The position numbers were made by a program, and so were the translations under genes. A DNA stretch of 64,000 nt, from assembly GCA_001600695.1 (NCBI GenBank), contig BCKQ01000021.1:1-64000 (forward strand), given 5' to 3'. The notes beneath the pieces were generated by a model that was given only the letters and a program-made list of their open reading frames with translations, made no database searches and was not told the origin of the DNA. How positions within the stretch are numbered: position 1 is the stretch's first letter; every line of letters begins with the position of its first letter. Origin of the DNA: Ascoidea asiatica JCM 7603. Its lineage: Eukaryota; Fungi; Ascomycota. Shown piece after piece: positions 11,378 to 23,800 of this stretch.

Positions 11378-13117
11378 TTATATTCCAAAAAAGTTATTTA
11401 TAGAACTTTTGGATTTCTTTATTTTAATTCCAGGTCCAATTTTATTAATTTTATTTATTTTTGTATTTATAATACTATTATTATTTAAATTATTATTTGA
11501 ATTTAATTTAGTATTTTTGTTTTTATTTTTAATCTCCTTATTCATTTTCATTAAATCTTCAATTTTTATAATGTCTTCACTTTTGATTTCACTTTTTATT
11601 TCTTTAATGTTTTTATTTATTTTTTTCATATTATGACAATTTAAAAAAAATTCTTCTTTAATTATATAATTATAATGAGTATGAGTTAATTCTTCATTAT
11701 TAATATTATCTTTAATATCCCACATTTCTTCATAAATATTTTCAAAATTAATTTCATTTTTATTATTTTTATTATTTATTGGTACAATTTTATCAATAAT
11801 TTGAAATTCTTGTAAAAGATATGAGTTATTATTATTAAAGATTTTAATTAATTTATTAAATTTAAATAAATTTGGATAATTTTTATATAAATAAATTAAT
11901 TTATTACCAAAAGAAAATTTTTTAAAATTATAAATTTTTTTTAAATTAAATTTATTCCAATTTAATAAATTAATTTCATAATTTTCAAGTTTTAAATTTG
12001 TTTCAATATAAATTAAATTATTTAAAGAAATTTTACAAATATTAAATAATTGATATAAAGAATTTTTGGTGATTGAAGTATTAAATAAATTTAAAATTGA
12101 TAAATTTTTAAGAAAACCAGATTTTATTGAAATTGTGAATGAATTAATTAAAGTATCATTAATAATTTTAATTCCAGAAAGATTTAAAATTATTAAATTT
12201 TCAATATGAACAATTTTTAATAAATCTTGATGATTTAAATTTATATTTTTATTTAAATTTGATAAATTTAATATATAAAATTTATCATTTTCAATTTCAT
12301 TATAATTATAATTATCAGTAATTGAAAGATGATTTAATTTGAATTGATTTGAGAATGAAAAAAAAGATAATTCTTGAAAAAAATTACTTATTGAAATATT
12401 ACAACCAATAATTTCAATTCTATGATTAATTTTAAAATTATTTTTATTATTTAAATCATTTATAATTAATTGATTTTTTAAATTTAAATCTTTTGAAAGA
12501 GTTAAATTTTCAATAATATGACAATTAAAATTTTTATTTTTTTTAAATTTTTTAAAAAACATATTAAACATTCTAAAATTTTCAAATTTAAATTTTAAAA
12601 TTAAATTCCAAATTAAAATCCATAAATTTTCATTAAGATTATAATTTGATAAATGATAAAAATTAATTAAATCTGAATTTTTTACAATCATTAAACAAGA
12701 TAAATATTTTAATGAATTTAATTTTTTTTCTTTATTATTATAAATTAAATTTAAATTATCTAAGTTATTATTACTATTATTTGAATATGGTTTAATTTCT
12801 TTCCAATTATAAATTGATTCAAATATTTTTGAATCATTAAATGAGGAATCTTTAATATTTCCAATTCTTTTTAAATTATTCAAATTATTCAAATTATTCA
12901 AATTATTCAATTTATCATTTTCTTTTGATTTATCATTTAATGTAAATTTTTTAAAATTCACCCATTTTTTTTTATTTGTAAATTTCTTTCTTTTATTACT
13001 TTTCTTATAATTCTTCTTCTTCTTCAAAGGCCAATTCTTTTTAGATTTAGAATCTGCATATGAACCACCACCACTCTTTCCCCAACTTTTGCCACTGTTA
13101 TAAGTCCCAGTTGCCAT
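11378..13117 (-). CDS. Hypothetical protein with LRR-like repeats
   Basis: Long ORF; first ATG at 13117 (MATGTY). Contains LIILNLSGIKII and LSILNLFNTSIT LRR-like segments. Confidence 0.7.
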   Translation of the reverse strand: MATGTYNSGKSWGKSGGGSYADSKSKKNWPLKKKKNYKKSNKRKKFTNKKKWVNFKKFTLNDKSKENDKLNNLNNLNNLNNLKRIGNIKDSSFNDSKIFESIYNWKEIKPYSNNSNNNLDNLNLIYNNKEKKLNSLKYLSCLMIVKNSDLINFYHLSNYNLNENLWILIWNLILKFKFENFRMFNMFFKKFKKNKNFNCHIIENLTLSKDLNLKNQLIINDLNNKNNFKINHRIEIIGCNISISNFFQELSFFSFSNQFKLNHLSITDNYNYNEIENDKFYILNLSNLNKNINLNHQDLLKIVHIENLIILNLSGIKIINDTLINSFTISIKSGFLKNLSILNLFNTSITKNSLYQLFNICKISLNNLIYIETNLKLENYEINLLNWNKFNLKKIYNFKKFSFGNKLIYLYKNYPNLFKFNKLIKIFNNNNSYLLQEFQIIDKIVPINNKNNKNEINFENIYEEMWDIKDNINNEELTHTHYNYIIKEEFFLNCHNMKKINKNIKEIKSEIKSEDIIKIEDLMKMNKEIKNKNKNTKLNSNNNLNNNSIINTKINKINKIGPGIKIKKSKSSINNFFGI

Positions 13118-13313
13118 TTCTATTTCATCTTCAATAATCAATTGAAATAACTATTCTGAATTGAATATATAATCACTGTCCATTTATTTCAATAAATAAA
13201 CAACAATCAACAAACAAGAAACAAACAAGAAACAAACAAATTCAGTGAAGAGACCAGAACTGCGGGGCTCCTCGGTTTGAAATCTCAGCGGAAATAAATA
13301 AATCAATTCAGAA

Positions 13314-13400
13314 TAAAGATATAAAGATATAAGAATAAAGATATAAAGATATAAAGATATAAAGATATAAGAGTAAGAGTAAGAGTAAGAGTAAGAATAA
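13314..13400. repeat. ATAAAGAT and AAGAGT short tandem repeats upstream of CCL1
   Basis: Read directly. Confidence 0.7.
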
Positions 13401-13445
13401 AGATAGAGAGATATAAGAAATTGGATATGGTAATTCAGTTGCAGA

Positions 13446-14723
13446 ATGACTGAGAATAGAAATGGGCCTGTGAGAGTACCTTACAAGAGAATCACTGATG
13501 ATGATTTATACAGAAACTCAACTCAATATAGACTATGGTCTTTTACTCAAGAACAATTAAATAAACAAAGAATTCAAATTAATTCAAAAGGTAAAACTAT
13601 AGTTTTAAATAAACTTAAAGAATTAGCAATAAAAAATAAAGATATAACAAATTATGAAACTTTACTTAAGAAATTAGATATTGTTACTGTAAAAGAAGAA
13701 TTAATGGAAATTCATTATTATTCAAGACGTGTTGAAGAAGTTGCAAATATTTTTAAATTACCAATTCAAGTTAAAGCTACAACTTTAATTTTTTTAAAAA
13801 GATTTTATTTAACTCATAGTGTTATGGAATTTCATCCAAAAAAAATTTTATATACATGTTTATTTTTAGCTTCAAAATCTGAAAATTGTTTTATATCTTT
13901 AGATTCATTTGTAAATCCATTAAAAAATATTTCTAAAGATATTATAACAAATTTAGAATATAAAGTTTTAGAATCTTTAAAATTTTCTTTATTAACTCAT
14001 AATCCATTTAAACCATTATTTGGTTTTTTTTTAGATTTTCAATCAATTTTAATTAATCATCATCCAATGGGTGTAATGGTTTTTAAAAAAAGAAAAAATA
14101 ATGAGAATGAATTTAAGAAAAAAAGAATTAAATATTCAATTGAAGAAATTTTAAAAATTTATGAAAATTCAAAAAAATTTATTAATGAATCTTTAATTAG
14201 TGATGTTTTATTTTTATTTACACCTCCACAAATTGCTTTAGCTTGTTTAATGGAATCTAATGAAGAAATTACAAATACATATTTAATTTATAAATTTAGA
14301 AAAATTCGAAAACAATCTATAAATTCTAAAGATCCAAAAGATTCTAAAGGTCCTGAAGCTGATGAAGATCTTGATATTGATCTTGGTATTAATATTAAAC
14401 CTGATAATGATAAAGAAAAAGATAATGAAAAAGAGAAAGAAAAAGAGAAAGAAAAAGAAAAAGAAAAAGAAATAGATAATGCAATTGGAATTGAATTAAA
14501 TAAATTAGTTTCAAAAATTGAAAAATGTAGAAAATTAATGAAAGAATCTTATAATCCTTCAGTTCCAGAAGCAACAAAAATTGATAAAAAAGTTTATTAT
14601 TGTATTTCTCCACAAAAATTATTAAAAAATAAAAAAAGAGAATTAAATGAAAGTGGTAATAGTAATAATAATAATAATAATAATAATGATAATAATAATA
14701 ATAAAAGGGTAAAACTTGAATGA
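13446..14723 (+). CDS. CCL1: Cyclin H, TFIIK subunit
   Basis: DDLYRNSTQYRLWSF, KRFYLTHSVMEFHPK, CLFLASKSEN, FLFTPPQIALA. Confidence 0.95.
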   Translation: MTENRNGPVRVPYKRITDDDLYRNSTQYRLWSFTQEQLNKQRIQINSKGKTIVLNKLKELAIKNKDITNYETLLKKLDIVTVKEELMEIHYYSRRVEEVANIFKLPIQVKATTLIFLKRFYLTHSVMEFHPKKILYTCLFLASKSENCFISLDSFVNPLKNISKDIITNLEYKVLESLKFSLLTHNPFKPLFGFFLDFQSILINHHPMGVMVFKKRKNNENEFKKKRIKYSIEEILKIYENSKKFINESLISDVLFLFTPPQIALACLMESNEEITNTYLIYKFRKIRKQSINSKDPKDSKGPEADEDLDIDLGINIKPDNDKEKDNEKEKEKEKEKEKEKEIDNAIGIELNKLVSKIEKCRKLMKESYNPSVPEATKIDKKVYYCISPQKLLKNKKRELNESGNSNNNNNNNNDNNNNKRVKLE

Positions 14724-14805
14724 AAGTATGAAAGTAAAAAAAAAGATATAATAAAATGTAAAATTAATGTTCAATATATGTATTATATATATAGTAGGTA
14801 TATAA

Positions 14806-15264
14806 TTATAAATGTTTTAAAGCTTCAAATCTTTTTTTTAAATCATCTAATTCTGCATCTTCTTTATTTTTCTTACTCATTGATTTAGAATTATTTATAC
14901 TTGATTTAATTGTTGATTTTGTATTTGATTTTGTATTTGATTTACTTTTTTTAATTTTCTTTTTCTTTTTCTTTTTATCTTTATCTTTATCTTTATTATC
15001 TTTATTATCTTTATCTTTAGTATCTTTATCATTAGACAGTTTAATTAAATTTTTATCAATATCTTTTGGAATTTTAATTTTTGGATTTAAATTATCAATT
15101 GATTTTGAAGGTGGTTTAACTTTTATTGGAATATCATCAATTGGATTATCATTTGAATTACTTAAAACTTCTATAGCTTCTGGAATTATATTTTTTTTTT
15201 TTTTTTCTTTATTTCCTCCATCATCATCACTATCAAATTCGTCTTCATCACTATCAGACAGGTC

Positions 15265-15304
<40 letters not shown>

Positions 15305-15882
15305 GTTAATTCAGAAAATGGAGCATTATAAGTTCTTGCAATTTCTTTTAAATATAAAATTATTAAATCTTCAGAAAGTGATTTTAATAAAGTTCTATTT
15401 ATAATTTTCTCAGGTATTATATTATCTTTATTATCTAAAGCATTTTTACTAAATTCAATTCCATATCTATGTATAAAAATATCTTTTAAAATAAATAATT
15501 CTTTAACTTCAGTATGAGAAGCAGAATAAATTATAACTTTTATAGCTTCTTCTAAACTTGGATCACAAGAAGTATTACCAATACTATTATTATTACTATT
15601 ATTATTACTATTATTATTACTATTATCAATTAATAAACCAATTCTAGCTAATAATAATTCACAATATAATTCTAAATATTCAAGTAATTCAATATATATA
15701 TCATCTCTGATAATGTTCTCAACTCTTATTTTGGCACTTAATTCTCTGTTATTCTTCAATAAATCTGCAATTTGTCTTCTTTCTTGTTTGGCCATTGCAG
15801 TTTTCTTTGTTTGCATGAATCGCAACTTGCTGATGGTCATCTTCAATGTGATCTTTAGCTTTGATTGTAAATTGGGTGGCAT
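14806..15882 (-). CDS. IST1: ESCRT-III-associated protein Ist1
   Basis: SAKIRVENIIRDD, LELYCELLLARI, and C-terminal MIM LDDLKKRFEALK. Confidence 0.95.
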
Positions 15883-15928
15883 CTTGGATATTCTATTCTA
15901 CTATGATCTCTTCTTGTGATTGTGATTG

Positions 15929-16006
15929 TGTCTCTATCTACTGTCTCTATCTACTGTCTCTATCTACTGTCTCTATCTACTGTCTCTATCTACTGTCTCT
16001 ATCTAC
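15929..16006. repeat. Perfect 13-bp minisatellite (TGTCTCTATCTAC)x6
   Basis: Six exact copies immediately upstream of IST1. Confidence 0.9.
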
Positions 16007-16114
16007 TCCATTCATCTTCTCTCTTCTCTCTTCTCTCTTCTCTCTTCTCTCTTCTTTCTTCTTTCTTCTTTTGTTTCTTTCTTCTTTCTTCTTCTGCTCT
16101 CCTATTCACTGCCT

Positions 16115-16158
16115 TACAACTGTAGTACAACTGTAGTACAACTGTAGTACAACTGTAG
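16115..16158. repeat. Perfect 11-bp repeat (TACAACTGTAG)x4
   Basis: Four exact copies with a near-palindromic unit. Confidence 0.9.
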
Positions 16159-16833
16159 TATTCAAGCATTGTCCCGCTTAAGCAGGTACTTATCATACAT
16201 TACAATCCACTGCACTAACAACACTCACCACACTATCCCACTTCCCTGTCTCTTTCACGCCACTTTCCTCTCTGGCCACCCTCACGCGGCTGTCTTTTCT
16301 CGTTTCTTGCCACTCGAAACCATCTGAAAACGTCTTTTAAAATATATTCGCTTAACTTTACAAAAAATACCTTTATTTTTATTTTCTTATTTATTTTCTT
16401 ATTTATTTACTAATTCATTTTACTTCTTTTATATCAATTATCACAATCATTTTGTCAATACTGTAGACACCAATCCAAATAATATTTAATACTGAAAGTT
16501 TGAAAGTTTGAAAGTTTGAAAGCTTGAAAAATTATTATTATTTCTCTGATTTCGATATACTTTACTCTACTTTACTTGACTCATTTTCTTTATGTCATTT
16601 CTTTATGTTTAATTATTATATTTTTATTCTTTATTTTACTAAAGAATTAAAATGTTTTAAAAAAATTTATCATTGAAAACTTAACTAATCACTTAACTAA
16701 TCAATTTATTGCTTTTACTTTCATTTTATTTTATTTCATTTCATTTCATTTCATTTTATTTCAAATATTTCATCAATATTTAAATCGCTTAAAGTACTCG
16801 AATATATACTGTATATTTATAAAAAAAAAAAAA

Positions 16834-19800
16834 ATGAAAAAAATGAAAAAAATAAATTTAAAAAAAATTTATTCAAATTCAATATCATATTTTAAAAAAA
16901 ATTATCCAATTGATAAAATCTTAGCAAGAAGAATATTTAAATGTGTTTTAAATTCAACAATTTGTTTAATTTTATGTTTAAATTCAAATGTTAGATCTCA
17001 TTTAGGTTCTGAACCTTCAATGCTTGCTTTAGTTTCTGTAATGGTACATCCAGGTAGAAGATTTGGTTCAATGATTGAAGGTTCTTTATTTTGTACAATT
17101 GGTTTATTATTTGGTAATTCATTTTCATTATTTGCAAGATTTTTATCACAAAAAATTTTAACAAAAAATTTTTTAATTTATAATGATTTACAATTATCTT
17201 TATTACCAATTGCATATAAAAATTTTCAATCTTCTTTAGCTTTATTAAGTATTTTTGAAATTATTATGCTTTTTATTCATGGTTGGATGAGAAGTGTATT
17301 TCATAAATTTTTTAATATTGTTTTTCCATTTTTCTTAGTTGTACATTTTACATTCCTTGATGATATTAATAAATCTGCAAAAGAAATCTCAATGGCTTTC
17401 ACAATTCCATTCTTCTTAGGTATCTCAATCTCAATATTTATAAATATTTTAATTTTTCCAGAATTTGGTACTTCTTATCTTGGTAATGCTTCAATTAATT
17501 CTTTTAATAATTTACAATCAACTTTAGATAATTCAATTTATTATTTCTTAAATATTTCTAATATCTCAAATAATAAAATAGATAATATTGAAATATCTGA
17601 TAATAAATCATTAAATTCAATTAATTCATCACCTTATAATAAATTAAATAATAATTTAAATTTTAAAAATTTATCAAATTTATTTAAATTTCAAAAAAAT
17701 TTTAAAAAAAATTTATCAATCTTTAATTCTGTTTTACAAGAATGTATTTATGAAATTTCTTATTCATTTTTATCTCCAAATGAATTTAATTCAATTTATA
17801 ATAATTTAAATAAATTATCAAATCATTTAACTGCTTTAATAAATTCTTGTCAATTAGAATTTTCAATTTTAATAAATTATAATAAATTTAATCAAAAAAA
17901 TGATTTAATTTTAAATTTTATTAAAAAAATTTTAAATTCAACAATTAATTTACATTTAAAAATTAATCAAATTTTATATATTATTAAAATTTTAATTTCT
18001 TATTCTTTTGATGTTAATAATAATAATAATTATAAAAAAAATAATAAATTATTAAAAAAATCTAAAATTTTTAAAAATTCAATTAATAATAATATTATTA
18101 ATTTATTTACTATTGAAAATTTAAATTTAAATAAATTTAATTTAAATGATCAAATTAATCAATTATTAAAATCTTTATCTTTATTTGATCAATCTTGGTC
18201 TTCTGCTTTAAAAGAATTTAATATTCAAATTTTAAATAATGATATTAATAATAATAATAGTAATAGTAATAGTACTACATCTTTAATAAATAAAAAAGAT
18301 CATGAATGGTTATTACCAAGAAATGAAAATTTCTTATTTTCTTCATTTTTCTTAAATTTAAAAGAAATCACAAATTTAATTTGTTTTATTTTAAAAGAAA
18401 CTTCAAATTTATATCAAATTAGAAAAAAAAGAGAATTAAAAAAATTTAATGGTAGAAAAATTTGGTTTTCATTTTTAACAAATAAAAAATTATTTAAAAA
18501 TTGGTTTAATTCTCATAATGATATAATAAAAATGAATGAAAATATAAGTATTGCAGGTGGTGCAACTCAAAAAATTAATTCAATAAGTAAAACTCCAAGA
18601 AGAAGACCAAATGATATTGAAAGTAGAATTTTACAATCAATGAAATCAAAAATTCAAACTAATTCTATCAATTCAAATAATAATTTAAATAATAATTCAA
18701 ATAATAGCAATATTAATAATTCAAATAATTTAAAAAAAAGTTCTTCACATATTATTTTTGATGAAATTTCTTCTTCTGATGATGGTTCTTCTAATTTTAA
18801 AATTTTTTATCTTTTTAGATATCTTTATCCAAATAATATTCTTATATTAATTAAAAAATTCAATAATAGATATCATCATCATATTTTATTTGGTTTTCAA
18901 GTTACAATGGCTTTAATGTTAGCTTCTTTTCCAATGTTTATACCACAATCAAGACATTGGTATGTTAATATGAGAGGTGCTTGGATTGGTTTTGTTTGTA
19001 TTTTAACTTTAGAACCTTCTGTTGGTAATACTTTCTTTGTATTTTTCTTAAGAGGTGTTGGTGTTATTCTTGGTGCTTTTTGGGGTTATGTTAGTTATCA
19101 ATCTGCTTATCATCAAAAGTTTCCTGTTATTGAAGTTATAATTACAATAATTGGTGCAATTCCTGGTTATTATTATTTTATTGGAACTCCATACGTTAAA
19201 GCTGCAATTATTGGTGTTATATCTATATATATTGTATTACTTTCCAGTGCTTTACCATCTACAATTGGTGGTTCAATTGGTGAAAATTTTGGTAAAAGAT
19301 GTTTTGCGGTTGCTTATGGTGGTATCATTGGTGTAATTTCAAATACAATAGTATTTCCAGTTCGTGCAAGAAATGAATTAGTTTCAGAATTAGCTTTTAT
19401 CACTAGTTCTTTAGGAAAATTAGAATTATTATATGCTTCTGCTATTGAAAATGAAAAAATTTCACTTGCTTTACCAGATGAAAGATATGATAGTTTTATG
19501 ATATTATCAAAAGAAATTAAAACTGCATTAAGTAGAGCAGAAGCTTATAAACAAGCAGCAAAAAGAGAACCAAATTTAAAAGGTGATTTTAAAGAAAATG
19601 AAAAAGTATTCACTGAAATATTATTTGTTTTAAATCAAATTATATCTAGAATGGATAATATGGCTTTAACAAGAAGACATTATGGATCTGCTGTAATTGA
19701 AGAATTAAATGATATTGCTCATCCTTATAGAAGGCAATTAGTTGGCTGTATTCATAATTCTTTTAAAGCTATTCAACAAGCTTTTTTAACTAAAAATCCA

Positions 19801-20790
19801 TTACCTCAATATCTTCCAAGTGCTAGAGTTAGTCATAGAAGATTAATAAAAATTGTAAATGAAGAAATTTCTAAAAATTATATATCTTTAAAATCTCAAA
19901 AACTTAAAGAAAAAGAGATTGCAGAAGATACAGAAAGTGAATACACAAGTGATAATGAAGAAGATGAAGATGAAGATAATTTACATTTTGAAGTTTCTCG
20001 TAAAAAAAGAGATTTTCAACCTAAAAATATAAATTCTCAGTCAAAATTTACTGGATTCATTGCTGATGATGAACATGATGGACTTGATATTCTGAAAGAA
20101 AAATTTACTGGTTGGAGTGCATCTTGTGCAGGAACCATGGAGATTATTGAATATATTGAAGAATTAATTGAGTTAACTAAAATTTTAGTTGGAGTCAATG
20201 AATTTAAATATGGATTTTTAAGTCGTCCATTATATGATGATTGGGCTATTAATTCAATTATGGGGTATAAAGATTTTGTTGGAAAAACTGGTAAAGGAAT
20301 ACCAGTTTCAGTTGAGAATTCAAAAAAAAAATTTACAGTTGATAGAAACTCAACAGATTTGGATGAAGCTATAATTGATGACAGTGAAGAAGATGCCGAT
20401 TTATCTGATAATGTGTCTGAGGATGATGAAATTTCCCCAAATAAGGCCAATGATGTAGGTAAAAAAGTTCACAAAGCGCCTGTAGCTTTTACAATGCATT
20501 CTCCTATTATTCCTCAAGAAAATCCCAAAGGCAGAAGATTGAGTATACAATCAATGGCAAGTGGAGCAAGTAGAATATCAGGGAATGTTCTTCAGCGTAT
20601 ATATTCCTTCAGGGGTGAAAAAACTGGGAATCAAAAGGACCTTTTCGGTTTATACTCTAGAGGAAGTTCTTTCTCCTCGGAAACATCAGGATCTTTTGAT
20701 GATTCAGATGATAACTCGTTTGACGAAAACTTGCCATTGGCCTTAAGGAAGGTTATTACAAGAACTGCTGCCAATAATCTTAAGAACTGA
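16834..20790 (+). CDS. Aromatic-acid-exporter/FUSC-family membrane protein (YGL140C/Bre4-like)
   Basis: Two TM bundles; VMVHPGRRFG, LTLEPSVG, FPVRAR, AKREPNLKGDF, PLPQYLPSARV. Confidence 0.85.
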   Translation: MKKMKKINLKKIYSNSISYFKKNYPIDKILARRIFKCVLNSTICLILCLNSNVRSHLGSEPSMLALVSVMVHPGRRFGSMIEGSLFCTIGLLFGNSFSLFARFLSQKILTKNFLIYNDLQLSLLPIAYKNFQSSLALLSIFEIIMLFIHGWMRSVFHKFFNIVFPFFLVVHFTFLDDINKSAKEISMAFTIPFFLGISISIFINILIFPEFGTSYLGNASINSFNNLQSTLDNSIYYFLNISNISNNKIDNIEISDNKSLNSINSSPYNKLNNNLNFKNLSNLFKFQKNFKKNLSIFNSVLQECIYEISYSFLSPNEFNSIYNNLNKLSNHLTALINSCQLEFSILINYNKFNQKNDLILNFIKKILNSTINLHLKINQILYIIKILISYSFDVNNNNNYKKNNKLLKKSKIFKNSINNNIINLFTIENLNLNKFNLNDQINQLLKSLSLFDQSWSSALKEFNIQILNNDINNNNSNSNSTTSLINKKDHEWLLPRNENFLFSSFFLNLKEITNLICFILKETSNLYQIRKKRELKKFNGRKIWFSFLTNKKLFKNWFNSHNDIIKMNENISIAGGATQKINSISKTPRRRPNDIESRILQSMKSKIQTNSINSNNNLNNNSNNSNINNSNNLKKSSSHIIFDEISSSDDGSSNFKIFYLFRYLYPNNILILIKKFNNRYHHHILFGFQVTMALMLASFPMFIPQSRHWYVNMRGAWIGFVCILTLEPSVGNTFFVFFLRGVGVILGAFWGYVSYQSAYHQKFPVIEVIITIIGAIPGYYYFIGTPYVKAAIIGVISIYIVLLSSALPSTIGGSIGENFGKRCFAVAYGGIIGVISNTIVFPVRARNELVSELAFITSSLGKLELLYASAIENEKISLALPDERYDSFMILSKEIKTALSRAEAYKQAAKREPNLKGDFKENEKVFTEILFVLNQIISRMDNMALTRRHYGSAVIEELNDIAHPYRRQLVGCIHNSFKAIQQAFLTKNPLPQYLPSARVSHRRLIKIVNEEISKNYISLKSQKLKEKEIAEDTESEYTSDNEEDEDEDNLHFEVSRKKRDFQPKNINSQSKFTGFIADDEHDGLDILKEKFTGWSASCAGTMEIIEYIEELIELTKILVGVNEFKYGFLSRPLYDDWAINSIMGYKDFVGKTGKGIPVSVENSKKKFTVDRNSTDLDEAIIDDSEEDADLSDNVSEDDEISPNKANDVGKKVHKAPVAFTMHSPIIPQENPKGRRLSIQSMASGASRISGNVLQRIYSFRGEKTGNQKDLFGLYSRGSSFSSETSGSFDDSDDNSFDENLPLALRKVITRTAANNLKN

Positions 20791-20888
20791 AGTTCTTTAG
20801 CATTTTTATACTATATATTTTACAATAAAATTTAGCATTCTGTTGAAATTTACACTAAAATACAAGAATGGTTAAAAGAATCATTAGG

Positions 20889-23800
20889 TCATTTATTAAC
20901 ACGTTTTAAATAATTTGACATATCATCTATAAGTCGACAAGCATTAGTGCTTAAAAATGAGTTTTCATTCATGTTTTTAAAGCTGCTTAATATAATAGGA
21001 ACTTTGACATGGGTAATGAAAAATTTGATTTGTGAAGAGTCAGACCACTTCAAATATAGATCTAATAAAACTAATATTTTACCCATGAAATTTCCTGAGA
21101 TGAACTTACTTTTAACATTATCAAGCATCATAATGTTGATTTTTGGAAAACAATTTTCAACTTCAATCTCATACACCAATAAGCAAATATTTAATAAAGA
21201 ACAGATAATATTTATGGAAGAAGTAGTTTTTATTGCAGCTTTACCATATCTTGAAAAAAAAAGCAACCAAAAATCGCATATACTTATAACAAAAAAGGGA
21301 TACTTATCGAGCTGGTCAAAGGTTGTTAGAGACCCAATAATTGCTAAAGTAAATGAGGATTCTTTCCTCAAAATTTGATTTACAAATTGATTCAAAGAAA
21401 TAAGATGATTTGTTCTATCTACCAAACTTTCTTTATTCTCAATTTTTAAAAAATCCTGATTCTGAGCCTTCAAAATTATGAAAAATTTAATAAACAAAAT
21501 TAAGATATCAGATTTTAATTTGAATTCAAAATCATTAGAAACTTTGGAATGCTCCACAAAATTGTAAATTAAAGGCATGAACATAGAACTATTTAAAAAG
21601 GATTTTAAAAAAGTTGTTTTTTCTTGATCTTTTTCATTCCGGTCTATTAGATCTAAAATAATATTAACTATTAATGCTTTTATTTCTAAGCTAATTGGTA
21701 AAGAAAGTATTTTTGCTAATGCTGAAAACATACTATCATTAATGAATAGACCGAGGTTTAAGGCCTCTCCAGAAAGCCTAGGAACCTTTTTATTTCTAGA
21801 AGTTAACCTTCTTAGCAAAATAATTGTATTTAAAATCATTTCCTCATGCTTAATAGCATTCTTGGTAAAATATATTTCCCCTTTTGAAACAAGGTTATAT
21901 TCATTATCTAAAATAATCTTAAGTCCTTCTATTACTTCATTCGTGGGGTACAATCGTATTATTTCCTGATTTTGAGTAGATTGAGCTGTTATACTTAAAA
22001 ACAATAGACAATGAATCAAATTTCTTCTAGAATCAAATGAAGCAATTGAAGGAATCTTTTTATAAACAAAGTCAAAGTTATTTTGCAAATCATTAGAACT
22101 TTCTCCATATTTTAGCTCAGATGGGGAGTTTGAGATCAAAATGTTTCCTAGTATTCTCAAACATTCTTCTTCCGTAAAATTGATTTCATTGTTAAGATTC
22201 CAAACCTGACTTAATCTTTCTAAAAGCTTGTATTTCACAATAAAATTTTTCGTTACATCCAAATTATTGTTATATAATAGATTTCCTATGAATTTCAAAC
22301 ATATTTTATAGAAGCTTAGATTATTGAAGGAATATTTGCCTATAGTTTCAGTCTCAGAATTATGAGCAGATTGGATGGTATAATTAGAGAATTTTATTAA
22401 TGATCTGGACGAATACTCGACCGTTTCAAAGTTATTATATTCATCCTTACTGCTTTCTAAAAAATTTACCTTATCACTAATATTATTACATATTCCTCTT
22501 ATCATAAATGCTAATAGTATTTCATCTTCACTTACTTTACGCTTCATATTAATATCATTGAATGCCATTGAGTTGCTCAACAAAATTAGTCCACAACACA
22601 AAAGACTGAACTTTTGATAATTTGAAATATCATACTTTTTAAGGCAAAACCGGATAATTAGTTCATTTATGATCATTAACATCTTAGATAACTCTAAACT
22701 GTTTGATGATTTTGTTTCGAAAAACTGTATTATTTGAAAATTATTGACTAACTGGATAATAATCTGGATTAAATAATCAAAAGATAACATATTATCAAAC
22801 TTATGATCAATTGTTGTAGCATAATATTGAAGATATTTTATACAAAAATTTAATAGATTTGTTTTGATGGTAGCCTCTGGGCCGATTCTATATTTCAAGA
22901 AAAACTCTTGCTTAACTGTGTTACTTATTTTTGAACTAGAGGTAAGATTAAACATAATCTTTAAAATTTCAAACTGTATAATAATTGAAGGTTCATATAC
23001 AGGATCAAAATATTGAAAATTAGAAGACATTAAATTACTATTCATAATCATGGATTGCTCTAACATTAATATTCCAAGAAATAATGAAATCAAGCTGTCA
23101 TTCTTTATTAGCCAGTCAGAAAACTTTTGATTGTCAAGGGTTGAAAGATTTGAAAATATTGTCAAAATAGATATCAAGGTTGACTTTAGAGGAGAATCTA
23201 AATCATTGTAAGTTCTAGATAATATATTCTGCGTGCTTCTATTGCTTAAAATTGTTCCATTGAATGTTTCAATACTATTGGCATTTTTTAAATTTTTTTC
23301 ATTATCTAGGTTTAAATTTCTCCTAGACAATGTCTCAAGAGCTTTTTGTTCTAAACCAGGATTATTTAAATCTATATTTCCCAAAATAGAAATATCACTA
23401 CTCAGTGAATCAGAAAGTTCTGAGCCATTGTTATCTATATCAAGAAAATCAGTCTTATGAGGTGTTTGAAGCTCTTGAACATCATTATTCAACATCTTGA
23501 TATTTTTTTCTGCAGTTGTAGCGATTTCATTATTTTCGGATTTCCCATTATTTGAACTATTATTATGTTCTTCAATTTTATAGAAACTTGAATAAATAAT
23601 TACTACTTTTTCTAAAATTAAACATAATTTATCAAGATTTGTGGTTATTTTCTCACTTAATAAAAGATTTAAGAATGAGAAGATATTTTCAAAAGAATCT
23701 ATAATAAGAGGACGAGAAAATTCTAAAATGTTTTCGGTTTCAACTTCATCATCAATTAATTCCTTTGCATCTAAATCAGGTGAATTAAGATAAGTTATAA

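Noticed and set aside
15861-16196. Small ORFs or a CRISPR-like array
   Set aside because: Translations of head-to-tail minisatellites with no spacers; eukaryotic DNA.
721-20094. Rare in-frame CTG codons (721, 7109, 20092) as evidence of CUG reassignment
   Set aside because: All lie in non-conserved positions, and GC-ending codons are rare anyway; the genetic code cannot be inferred from this window.
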